A DNA stretch of 51,703 bases from Tannerellaceae bacterium (lineage in GTDB: Bacteria; Bacillota_I; Bacilli_A; Erysipelotrichales; Erysipelotrichaceae): contig CAVCTP010000001.1 of assembly GCA_963605145.1 (NCBI GenBank), positions 1-51,703 on the forward strand. Reading direction: 5' to 3'. The notes under the pieces are model-generated. The model saw only the letters and a list, made by a program, of their open reading frames with translations. It was not told where the DNA came from and made no database searches. This document shows positions 28,168 to 35,880 of this stretch, piece by piece (the first letter of the stretch is position 1; every line of letters begins with the position of its first letter). A program made the position numbers and the translations under genes.

Positions 28168-28299
28168 TTTTATATGTAACTAAAAGTTAAATTTGTCATA
28201 AATTTTTCTAAATTCATTCTTCAGTCAAAAAAGTAAAAAATTTTGCTTATTAAAAATATTAATATAAAATTAAGTTATACAAAAAAGGAGTTTTAAATT

Positions 28300-28623
28300 A
28301 TGAAACTAATACTTGCGATTATCTCAAATGATGATGCTAAAGCATGTACTTCAGCATTAAACAAAGCTTCTTATCATGTTACTAGACTTGCAACTACTGG
28401 TGGTTTCTTATCAGCTGGTAATACAACATTAATTATTGGTTGTGAAGACAAAGAAGTTGATAGAGCCATTGAAATCATCGGTTCTGAATCTCAAAGAAGA
28501 AAAGAAGCTGTACCTTCAGCTATGGCTGGTGAACTTGGTGGTCTTACAGTTTATCCAATCGAGGTTGAAGTTGGCGGTGCAACAATCTTTGTTTTAAATG
28601 TTGATCAATTTAAGAAACTATAA
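28300..28623 (+). CDS. darA: Cyclic-di-AMP receptor, PII-like (DarA/PstA, YaaQ family)
   Basis: MKLILAIISNDDA...HVTRLATTGGFLSAGNTTLIIG...GGATIFVLNVDQF. SD AAGGAG. Confidence 0.85.
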   Translation: MKLILAIISNDDAKACTSALNKASYHVTRLATTGGFLSAGNTTLIIGCEDKEVDRAIEIIGSESQRRKEAVPSAMAGELGGLTVYPIEVEVGGATIFVLNVDQFKKL

Positions 28624-28649
28624 GAACTAGAATTAACTAGTTCTTTTTT
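28624..28649 (+). terminator. Intrinsic terminator-like hairpin after darA
   Basis: GAACTAG-aattaa-CTAGTTC followed by TTTTTT. It ends 3 nt before the acyP ATG. Confidence 0.6.
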
Positions 28650-28652
28650 AAG

Positions 28653-28919
28653 ATGAAAAGATATTACATTATATATAAAGGTAGAGTTCAAGGTGTTGGT
28701 TTTAGATGGCAACTTGCACAGATTGCTAGAAAATATGATTTAACAGGTTATTGTCGTAATCTCCATAATGGCGATGTTGAGGTAGAAATACAAGGAGATA
28801 AGGTTGATGAGTTCCTTGAAGAATCCTTAAAACCACAACATTTTATTGATGTAGAAGATTATGCAATAAAGAGTATCGATATTGATACTCATGAAACAAC
28901 ATTTGATGTTAGATATTAA
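28653..28919 (+). CDS. acyP: Acylphosphatase
   Basis: YKGRVQGVGFRW ... GYCRNLHNGDVEVEIQG. No SD; the ATG sits 3 nt after the T-run of the preceding hairpin. Confidence 0.85.
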   Translation: MKRYYIIYKGRVQGVGFRWQLAQIARKYDLTGYCRNLHNGDVEVEIQGDKVDEFLEESLKPQHFIDVEDYAIKSIDIDTHETTFDVRY

Positions 28920-28949
28920 TCCAAGTTAAGCGCTTGGATTTATTTTTTT
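28920..28949 (+). terminator. Terminator after acyP; overlaps the 3' end of the convergent SpoU gene
   Basis: TCCAAG-ttaagcg-CTTGGA followed by TTTATTTTTTT. Confidence 0.7.
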
Positions 28950-29654
28950 GAAATGGTACATGATTATAGAAGCCGCCATAGCAACATTTAAAGAATCAAT
29001 ATTATGCATATCTATCTTTACTGTTTCATCAGCAATATCCATTAATTTATCTTGTACACCACTACCTTCATTGCCTAAAATAAAGGCCATTTTTTTATAA
29101 GTATTTAATTCATTCATGGTCTTAGTTTCATTTCTTAAACCAGTCGCAAATACTTTATAGCCTCTTACTTGTAGATTTTTAACTTCTGATAATAAATCTT
29201 TATGACATATATTTAATTTAAATATGGCACCTTTAGAATTAATAATACATTTTTCATTATATATATCAGCAGATTCTTCGCTTAAAATAATAGAATCATA
29301 ACCAAATAAATAAGCAGCTTCCATAATCCTACCAATATTTAAAGGATCTTGTAAGTGATCTAGAATAATTATCCTATCACCATAATTATCATTTTCTTTG
29401 ATATGTTTTCCTACACCTATATAATTTAGATTCTCTATTTTACTTATCTTATTTAATACTTCTTGACTTACTTCAATAGCATTATTAAAAGCAAAAGGAA
29501 TATCTTTGGTATAAATTAAAGTATCTAAATAATTATTATCCTTAGCTAAGATAACTAGTTGTTCATCCAATAATAAAAATTTATCAGTACGATACTTTTT
29601 TTGATGCAATTTAGTTAATTCTTTAACTGTTTTATTTTCTAAGGATGTAATCAT
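28926..29654 (-). CDS. SpoU/TrmH-family RNA 2'-O-methyltransferase
   Basis: LDHLQDPLNIGRIMEAA, FILGNEGSGV, and NVAMAASIIMY (SPOUT knot motifs). Confidence 0.8.
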   Translation of the reverse strand: MITSLENKTVKELTKLHQKKYRTDKFLLLDEQLVILAKDNNYLDTLIYTKDIPFAFNNAIEVSQEVLNKISKIENLNYIGVGKHIKENDNYGDRIIILDHLQDPLNIGRIMEAAYLFGYDSIILSEESADIYNEKCIINSKGAIFKLNICHKDLLSEVKNLQVRGYKVFATGLRNETKTMNELNTYKKMAFILGNEGSGVQDKLMDIADETVKIDMHNIDSLNVAMAASIIMYHFKKINPSA

Positions 29655-30355
29655 TTTTTTCTTTGAGCAAACAATAATGTTGCCAATACATCTAATGCTC
29701 CACAGGCATTTAAAGCATTTCTAAAGTCTGAACCATAAGGAATATATAAATATTCATCACATAAATCTAATAATTGAGATGAGATGCCCCTTTTCTCTCC
29801 ACCTAAAATAAATAAGGACTTATTATTAAATTTAACATTGAAGACATCTTTTGCTTCATCTCCTCTATATAAGGCATATAGATAATAACCCTTATCTTTA
29901 TATTCTTTTATTTCGTTGATACTATCTTTAACTATTTTGATATTTAATAAATCAAAAGCACCAGCTGATGATTTAAGTAATTGAGCTTCCATATTAGAAT
30001 AATCTCTATTAGATAGTAATACATTCTTAATACCAAAGGCATATAGAGTACGACAGGCATAGCCTAAATTAAAAGGATCTTCAATACCATCTAAAAAGAA
30101 GATATCAGAATCATCAAAATCATTCATATATCTATTAGATACTTCAGCTAATATGCCACCATATGTTTTGCCTAAAGCAATTTTATCTAATTCATCTTTA
30201 CAACTTTCAATTAATTCGATATTGTTATTTTTAATTATTTTTCTTAAATAATTAAAGTCTTTAGTCTTTTTATCCTTATTAATATAAACTTTATCTATCT
30301 TTCTATTTCCAGCATTAATTGCTGCTTTTATACTTATAGCACCCTCAATTATCAT
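29651..30355 (-). CDS. Second SpoU/TrmH-family RNA methyltransferase (RlmB-like)
   Basis: LDGIEDPFNLGYACRTLYAFG, FILGGEKRGIS, and a C-terminal LNACGALDVLATLLF. ATGA and TAATG coupling on either side. Confidence 0.75.
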   Translation of the reverse strand: MIIEGAISIKAAINAGNRKIDKVYINKDKKTKDFNYLRKIIKNNNIELIESCKDELDKIALGKTYGGILAEVSNRYMNDFDDSDIFFLDGIEDPFNLGYACRTLYAFGIKNVLLSNRDYSNMEAQLLKSSAGAFDLLNIKIVKDSINEIKEYKDKGYYLYALYRGDEAKDVFNVKFNNKSLFILGGEKRGISSQLLDLCDEYLYIPYGSDFRNALNACGALDVLATLLFAQRKK

Positions 30356-31560
30356 TATCCATTGACCTTTCGAATCATGTCGTTAGTATGAAGTACAAAA
30401 GGAACTCTTAAATATAATAATTGGGTTGGTTTATTGGCAACTTCAACCTTATTAAAATCTTCATCAAACATCAATTCATTTTTAAAGATAGTGTTATCTA
30501 AATTAGGACCAAAGGCTTCTAATTCATCATTTAAAGAAAATATATTCTTTACTTCTATTAAAGCAATAGACCTATTTGCATCATATCCTTTAACAAATGC
30601 TACATAATCGTGAGTTACGCCAGCTCCATTAATACCATATAAGTGCTTTGAATTATCACACTCTCCTGATAAGAAACCATCATCACTTGGTCTATTTTCG
30701 GCTTTAATTAATTCTTCATCATAATATGAAAGTCTATCAGCACTTAATGTTCCTTTTTCATAAATTTCATCAATCATCTTACGATATGTTTTAACAACCT
30801 GCGCAATATAGTATTCTGACTTCATTCTTCCTTCAATCTTTAAAGAAGAAATACCACATTTAATCATTCTTTCAACATATGCACTAGCTCTTAAATCTTT
30901 AGAAGACATTGATAATAGACATTCTGGATCACCTATTTCATATTCACCATCATATAGATGATATTTCCAACGACATGAATGAGCACATCCTCCCCTATTA
31001 GCGTCTCTTAAAGTCATACGATTTGATAAAACACATCTACCAGAATAGTTAGAGCACATGCCACCATGGATAAATACTTCTAAAGGAATATCTACTTTAG
31101 AAGCAATATGTTCAATTTCTGTCATACTAGCTTCTCTACCTAGCACTACCCTATCAGCACCAAATTCTTTTAATGTTTCTACAGCAGCCCTATTTAAAGA
31201 AGAAAGTTGCGTAGATATATGGCATTCTAGATTTGGGGCAATATTTTTAATAATAGGAATCAATGCTAATGAAGAAATAATAACAGCATTTACACCGATA
31301 TCATTTAAATATTTAATATATTCTTTAATTCCTGCATAGTCACTATCATGGAAAACAATATTTACTGTTACAAATACCTTAGCATTATAATTCTTGGCAA
31401 ATTCGCAAAGTTCCTTGATATCTTCATTTTCAAAATTAGAAGCACGTGAACGCAAAGAAAAATGCTTACCGCCTACATATACGGCATCAGCTCCATACAT
31501 AATCGCAATTTTGGCCTTTTGTAAGTCCTTAGCAGGCGCTAATAATTCAATCTTTTTCAT
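30355..31560 (-). CDS. Peptidase-U32-family protein, long form (YrrO/TrhP2-like; tRNA U34 hydroxylation in B. subtilis)
   Basis: U32 signature region EVFIHGGMCSNYSGRCVLSN ... RDANRGGCAHSCRW. Confidence 0.8.
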   Translation of the reverse strand: MKKIELLAPAKDLQKAKIAIMYGADAVYVGGKHFSLRSRASNFENEDIKELCEFAKNYNAKVFVTVNIVFHDSDYAGIKEYIKYLNDIGVNAVIISSLALIPIIKNIAPNLECHISTQLSSLNRAAVETLKEFGADRVVLGREASMTEIEHIASKVDIPLEVFIHGGMCSNYSGRCVLSNRMTLRDANRGGCAHSCRWKYHLYDGEYEIGDPECLLSMSSKDLRASAYVERMIKCGISSLKIEGRMKSEYYIAQVVKTYRKMIDEIYEKGTLSADRLSYYDEELIKAENRPSDDGFLSGECDNSKHLYGINGAGVTHDYVAFVKGYDANRSIALIEVKNIFSLNDELEAFGPNLDNTIFKNELMFDEDFNKVEVANKPTQLLYLRVPFVLHTNDMIRKVNG

Positions 31561-32425
31561 CTTTACTTATATTTGTTTTCTCATATAAATATCCTGTGGA
31601 ATAACTATCAGGATAACTCTTTTTTAATACATCTAATAAGAATGTTGAATTGATATCACTAATACGTTTATAGTCTCTTAATACTGTAGCAACGCAACTA
31701 TCCTTAATAAATAAAGTATCTACTATTCCTCTAGCTAGATATGGCTTTAATATATTTAATTCCTTATACATTTGAAATATATAATCTGTATATATCTTTG
31801 TACCAGAACTATCTTCTAGTATAGGCATCTTATAATCTCTTTTTTCTTCAATTAAATATAAAGTTTGTTTATTTAAATAATCATAATATCTATTAATCTC
31901 TTTAAAATAATTACTTAAAAACTTCCTTTTAGAATATGACATCCTTAAATGGCCAAATATCTGCATATCACATTTTCCCGGATTACTCATTAAAATAGTC
32001 TTTAATTCATCTAAGGTTAATTCTCGAGATAAGCAAACACCTTTTAATCCCTTTGATAAATAAAAAGTTGTATCTAATGAATTACATAAAACAGTTTGAC
32101 CATCATATATTAATTTATCAACAATATCAAAATACTTGCCAACTTCGTAAACTGCTAAGTCATGATAATAGATACCATCAACATCTAATTTTTGTAAGAA
32201 TTCAACATATTCATATAATAGTGATAAATCATTTTCACTAATAAAATTATCTAAAGCAACATAAAACTTTAAGTTTATAACCTTACAATAAGCTCTTAAT
32301 TTCTTTAAATCCTCAAGACTATAGTTATAAGCACTAGTAAAGTATGAACCTACAATAATGCCATCACATAAATCTTTAAATTTATTAATACTATTTACAT
32401 TTCTTAAAGTAACTAATAGTTCCAT
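31547..32425 (-). CDS. Peptidase-U32-family protein, short form (YrrN/TrhP1-like)
   Basis: MQIFGHLRMSYSKRKFLSNY aligns with the U32 core. 14-nt overlap with the long-form gene, mirroring the yrrN-yrrO order. Confidence 0.7.
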   Translation of the reverse strand: MELLVTLRNVNSINKFKDLCDGIIVGSYFTSAYNYSLEDLKKLRAYCKVINLKFYVALDNFISENDLSLLYEYVEFLQKLDVDGIYYHDLAVYEVGKYFDIVDKLIYDGQTVLCNSLDTTFYLSKGLKGVCLSRELTLDELKTILMSNPGKCDMQIFGHLRMSYSKRKFLSNYFKEINRYYDYLNKQTLYLIEEKRDYKMPILEDSSGTKIYTDYIFQMYKELNILKPYLARGIVDTLFIKDSCVATVLRDYKRISDINSTFLLDVLKKSYPDSYSTGYLYEKTNISKDEKD

Positions 32426-32439
32426 ATCATCATTATTTT

Positions 32440-32476
32440 ATCTAAAAAAAATAAAAATCACACATATAGTGTGATT
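32440..32476 (-). terminator. Intrinsic terminator after hup
   Basis: Minus strand: AATCACAC-tatat-GTGTGATT followed by TTTTATTTTTTTT. Confidence 0.85.
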
Positions 32477-32502
32477 ATTTAGATATTTAATATCAATTTT
32501 AA

Positions 32503-32790
32503 TTATTTAATTAAATCTTTTAAGGCTTTAGCTGGAGCAAATTTAATCTTCTTGCTTGCTGGAATTTCAATTGTTTCACCAGTTGCAGGGTTTCTACCAG
32601 TTCTAGCGCTTCTTTCAGCAACCTTTAATTTACCAAAACCAGGAATATCAACAGTTTCGCCTTTTTCAACGCAAGCTTTAACTTCACTTAGACAGAAATC
32701 TAAAATTGCCTTTGCTTGAGTCTTCTTAAGACCTTGTTCTTCAGCTAGTTTTTCAACTAATTCTTTGTACTTTAATACTTTTTCAGCCAT
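32503..32790 (-). CDS. hup: HU-family DNA-binding protein
   Basis: FGKLKVAERSARTGRNPATGETIEIPASKKIKFAPAKALKD. ATG at 32790 with SD AAAGGAGA; I rejected the track's longer start. Confidence 0.93.
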   Translation of the reverse strand: MAEKVLKYKELVEKLAEEQGLKKTQAKAILDFCLSEVKACVEKGETVDIPGFGKLKVAERSARTGRNPATGETIEIPASKKIKFAPAKALKDLIK

Positions 32791-32855
32791 GTTACTTGTC
32801 TCCTTTTCTTTAGACATTTATATTTTACTACGAATTAATGTAGAATGCCTATATA

Positions 32856-34685
32856 CTAATCATCTTGGGCTTTATTTACTTCTCTTAAATGACGTCTTCT
32901 ATCAAGATTTGTTAAGTATCTCTTTCTTAATCTAATTGCATCAGGTGTAATTTCAACTAATTCATCATCATTGATAAATTCCAATGCTTCCTCTAGTGAG
33001 AATACTCTTGGTGGTACTAACTTCATTGCTTCATCAGCACCAGTTGATCTAATAGCCGTCATCTTTTTATTGATAGTTGGATTAACTTCAATATCTTGAT
33101 TCTTATTGGATACACCAATAATCATACCTTCATATACTTCAGTTTGTGGTGTAATAAATAATTGACCATGAACTTGTAAGTTCCATAATGAATAAGTCAT
33201 TGCCTTACCAGATGCCATAGAAATTAATGCACCATTTGCACGTTCTGGTAATTCGCCAAAGTAAGGTTGATATTCAATAAACTTTCTAACCATGATACCT
33301 TCACCCTTAGTATCATTGATAAATTCAGAGCGGTATCCTAATAAACCTCTAGTAGGAACATGATAAATAATCTTGGTATAAGAACCTTCATCTTGAATAT
33401 CAATCATTTGTCCTTTTCTAAGATTTAGTTTATTGATAACTGTACCAGAATATTCATTTGGAACAGAACAAATTACTTCTTCAACTGGTTCACATTTTTG
33501 ACCATCAATTGTTTTAAAGATTACTTGTGGTTTACTTACTGCGATTTCATATGACTCTCTACGCATATTTTCTAGTAAGATGGATAGATGTAACTCGCCT
33601 CTTCCTGATACCTTGAATGTATCAGTAGTAGCAGTAGCTTCTACTTTTAAACCAACATTTACTTCAAGTTCTCTTTCTAGTCTTTCCTTAATATTTCTAC
33701 TAGTTACATATTTACCAGATCGGCCTTGAAATGGTGAAGTATTAACCATGAAATTCATACTCAAAGTAGGTTCTTCAATATCAATTTGAGGTAGTGGATC
33801 ATAAACATCAACTGGGCCAATAGTATCACCAATTTCAATATCATTAATGCCACTAATCAAAACAATATCACCACATTGAGCTTCATTAATTAAAACTCTC
33901 TTTAAGCCTTGATAATTATATAAGTTGGCAATCTTCTTATTCTCTTTTTTACCATTGTTATTACAAATTGAAATCATCTCATTGTTTTTGATTGAACCAG
34001 AATAAACTCTACCAACACCGATTCTACCAATATAATCATCGTAAGCTAAAGCACTTACTTGCATTTGTAAAGGCTCATCCATTAGATTTGGATATGGTTC
34101 AACGTGTCTAACAATTGTTTCAAATAATGGATTGATATCATTATTACTATCACCTGGATTGTATCTAACAATACCATCTCTTGCGATACCATATAGTATT
34201 GGGAAGTCTAGTTGTTCATCAGTTGCGCTTAAATCTAAGAATAAATCATAAACTTCATCAATAACTTCGTTGATTCTAGCATCCTTTTTATCAATCTTAT
34301 TAATTAGTAATATTGGTCTTAAACCTGCTTCTAGAGATTTCTTTAATACAAATCTAGTTTGAGGCATAGGTCCTTCAGATGAATCAACTAATAAGATAAC
34401 AGTATCTACAGTTTTAATAATACGTTCAACTTCACTTGAGAAGTCAGCATGTCCTGGAGTATCAACAATATTAATCTTATAGTCCTTATAAACAATTGAA
34501 CAATTCTTAGAATAAATAGTAATACCTCTTTCTCTTTCCAAAGCATTTGAATCCATTACTTGGCTTACTATTTCTTCATGTTCACCAAAGACATGAGATT
34601 GAGCTAAAAAAGCATCAACTAAGGTTGATTTTCCAGCATCTACGTGAGCAATAACAGCTACGTTAATAATCTTCTTGAATTCCAT
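32856..34685 (-). CDS. typA: Translational GTPase TypA/BipA
   Basis: [21 protein letters not shown], and full-length similarity to the BipA architecture. Confidence 0.95.
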   Translation of the reverse strand: MEFKKIINVAVIAHVDAGKSTLVDAFLAQSHVFGEHEEIVSQVMDSNALERERGITIYSKNCSIVYKDYKINIVDTPGHADFSSEVERIIKTVDTVILLVDSSEGPMPQTRFVLKKSLEAGLRPILLINKIDKKDARINEVIDEVYDLFLDLSATDEQLDFPILYGIARDGIVRYNPGDSNNDINPLFETIVRHVEPYPNLMDEPLQMQVSALAYDDYIGRIGVGRVYSGSIKNNEMISICNNNGKKENKKIANLYNYQGLKRVLINEAQCGDIVLISGINDIEIGDTIGPVDVYDPLPQIDIEEPTLSMNFMVNTSPFQGRSGKYVTSRNIKERLERELEVNVGLKVEATATTDTFKVSGRGELHLSILLENMRRESYEIAVSKPQVIFKTIDGQKCEPVEEVICSVPNEYSGTVINKLNLRKGQMIDIQDEGSYTKIIYHVPTRGLLGYRSEFINDTKGEGIMVRKFIEYQPYFGELPERANGALISMASGKAMTYSLWNLQVHGQLFITPQTEVYEGMIIGVSNKNQDIEVNPTINKKMTAIRSTGADEAMKLVPPRVFSLEEALEFINDDELVEITPDAIRLRKRYLTNLDRRRHLREVNKAQDD

Positions 34686-34781
34686 ACCTTACTATTTTAA
34701 TCATATTTATCACACGTTTCAAGAGAATATTGTTATTTTGTGGTGGATAATATTTTGTAAATTATTGTAGAATATTTTTAT

Positions 34782-34864
34782 GCACCAATGGCGGAATTGG
34801 CAGACGCGTATGATTCAGATTCATATGAGAAATCGTGCAGGTTCAAGTCCTGTTTGGTGCACCA
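34782..34864 (+). tRNA. tRNA-Leu (anticodon CAG), CCA encoded
   Basis: Hand-folded. Acceptor GCACCAA/TTGGTGC, D arm GCG-gaattggcaga-CGC, anticodon arm TATGA-TTCAGAT-TCATA, long variable arm, T arm GCAGG-TTCAAGT-CCTGT, discriminator A, CCA. Confidence 0.9.
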
Positions 34865-34886
34865 AAATTATGTCAGGAGTAGCAAA

Positions 34887-35759
34887 ATGAAAAAAGTATT
34901 AATTATCATATCTTCCCTATTAATTTTATGTTCTTGTTCAAGCAGCAAAGACTCATGGGAAAATATTGAAACAAAATATAACGATATCAAAGCTGAAGTA
35001 GAAAAGATTAGTGAAAATACTACTACTTATTTAAAAAATGATTATTTAAATGCTATTGAAGAGATAGATACTATTGTAGATAAATTAAAAAAAGATTCAT
35101 CTGAAGAAAATGTTGAACAATTAGTAAAACTTGTTAAATTGTCTCATCAAATGAATATCATATCTTCAGCATACAATGGTGATGCTTCTTCTTATATCTT
35201 AAAACTTGCCAATGTGGTAGATAGTTTAATTAAGAATATATATGAAGGTAAAGATGATGAATTCACAAGTTTAAAAACCGAAGCAGAAGGTTTACTTGAT
35301 AAACTAGAAGGTTTAAGTGATGAACAATGGTCTAAAGTAGAAAAGAAAGTATTAGTTTCTTGGAATGATGAAGAATTCAAGCAATTAGAAAGTGATACTT
35401 TAAATGAATTAACTGATAAATATGATTTAACAGAATATGAATTAGAAGACTTAAAAGATTTCATCATTGATAATTATGAACTTATCAAATATGGCGTATC
35501 AGATTATGATGAAGATACTGCTAAGCAAATTTATGCTGATGCTATTAAGTTAGAAGCATATACAAAAGATTGTAGTAGTGAAGAAGGATTAAAAGTATTA
35601 AATTTCGCAAGACATATAAAGGCTTATGTTAAATCTTGTTATGGTAAACAATTAGATGAAACAGAAGTATTTGATACTACTATTGATGAAGAAATAGAAT
35701 CCGCTACAAAATGGACGCAATCAACTTGGAATATCATCACAACTGAAATAAAAGCCTAG
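34887..35759 (+). CDS. Helical acidic lipoprotein of unknown function
   Basis: SD AGGAG, then MKKVLIIISSLLILCS-C-SSS (lipobox). The track ORF start (34788) lies inside the tRNA and is spurious. The TAG stop ends 2 nt before the next tRNA. Confidence 0.75.
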   Translation: MKKVLIIISSLLILCSCSSSKDSWENIETKYNDIKAEVEKISENTTTYLKNDYLNAIEEIDTIVDKLKKDSSEENVEQLVKLVKLSHQMNIISSAYNGDASSYILKLANVVDSLIKNIYEGKDDEFTSLKTEAEGLLDKLEGLSDEQWSKVEKKVLVSWNDEEFKQLESDTLNELTDKYDLTEYELEDLKDFIIDNYELIKYGVSDYDEDTAKQIYADAIKLEAYTKDCSSEEGLKVLNFARHIKAYVKSCYGKQLDETEVFDTTIDEEIESATKWTQSTWNIITTEIKA

Positions 35760-35761
35760 TT

Positions 35762-35846
35762 GCACCAATGGCGGAATTGGTATACGCGCACGTTTGAGGG
35801 GCGTGTGAGGTTACTCGTGCAAGTTCAAGTCTTGTTTGGTGCACCA
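35762..35846 (+). tRNA. tRNA-Leu (anticodon GAG), CCA encoded
   Basis: Same acceptor and D arm as the first tRNA. Anticodon arm CACGT-TTGAGGG-GCGTG, long variable arm, T arm GCAAG-TTCAAGT-CTTGT, discriminator A, CCA. Confidence 0.88.
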
Positions 35847-35855
35847 TATAAAAAT

Positions 35856-35880
35856 AAACCGAGGTAATACACTTCGGTTT
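35856..35880. terminator. Bidirectional terminator shared by the tRNA/lipoprotein unit (+) and rsmI (-)
   Basis: AAACCGA-ggtaatacact-TCGGTTT, flanked by AAAAT on one side and TATTTAT on the other. Confidence 0.7.

Noticed and set aside
34686-34781. A promoter for the tRNA-lipoprotein-tRNA unit, and the divergent typA promoter.
   Set aside because: Several TTGTAA, TAATAT and TAGAAT hexamers are present, but none has acceptable 16-18 nt spacing, so I did not call a promoter.
34788-34886. The N-terminal 33 codons of the track ORF 34788-35759 (MAELADAYDSDSYEKSCRFKSCLVHQNY...).
   Set aside because: This stretch is the body of tRNA-Leu(CAG). The real CDS begins at the ATG at 34887, which has an AGGAG SD and a lipoprotein signal peptide.
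34782-35846. The identical 5' sequences of about 20 nt in the two tRNA-Leu genes, considered as attL/attR-like direct repeats of an integrated element.
   Set aside because: No integrase or other mobility gene is present, the intervening DNA is a single gene, and the identity is explained by paralogous isoacceptor tRNAs. The insertion hypothesis is kept only as a comparative-genomics check.
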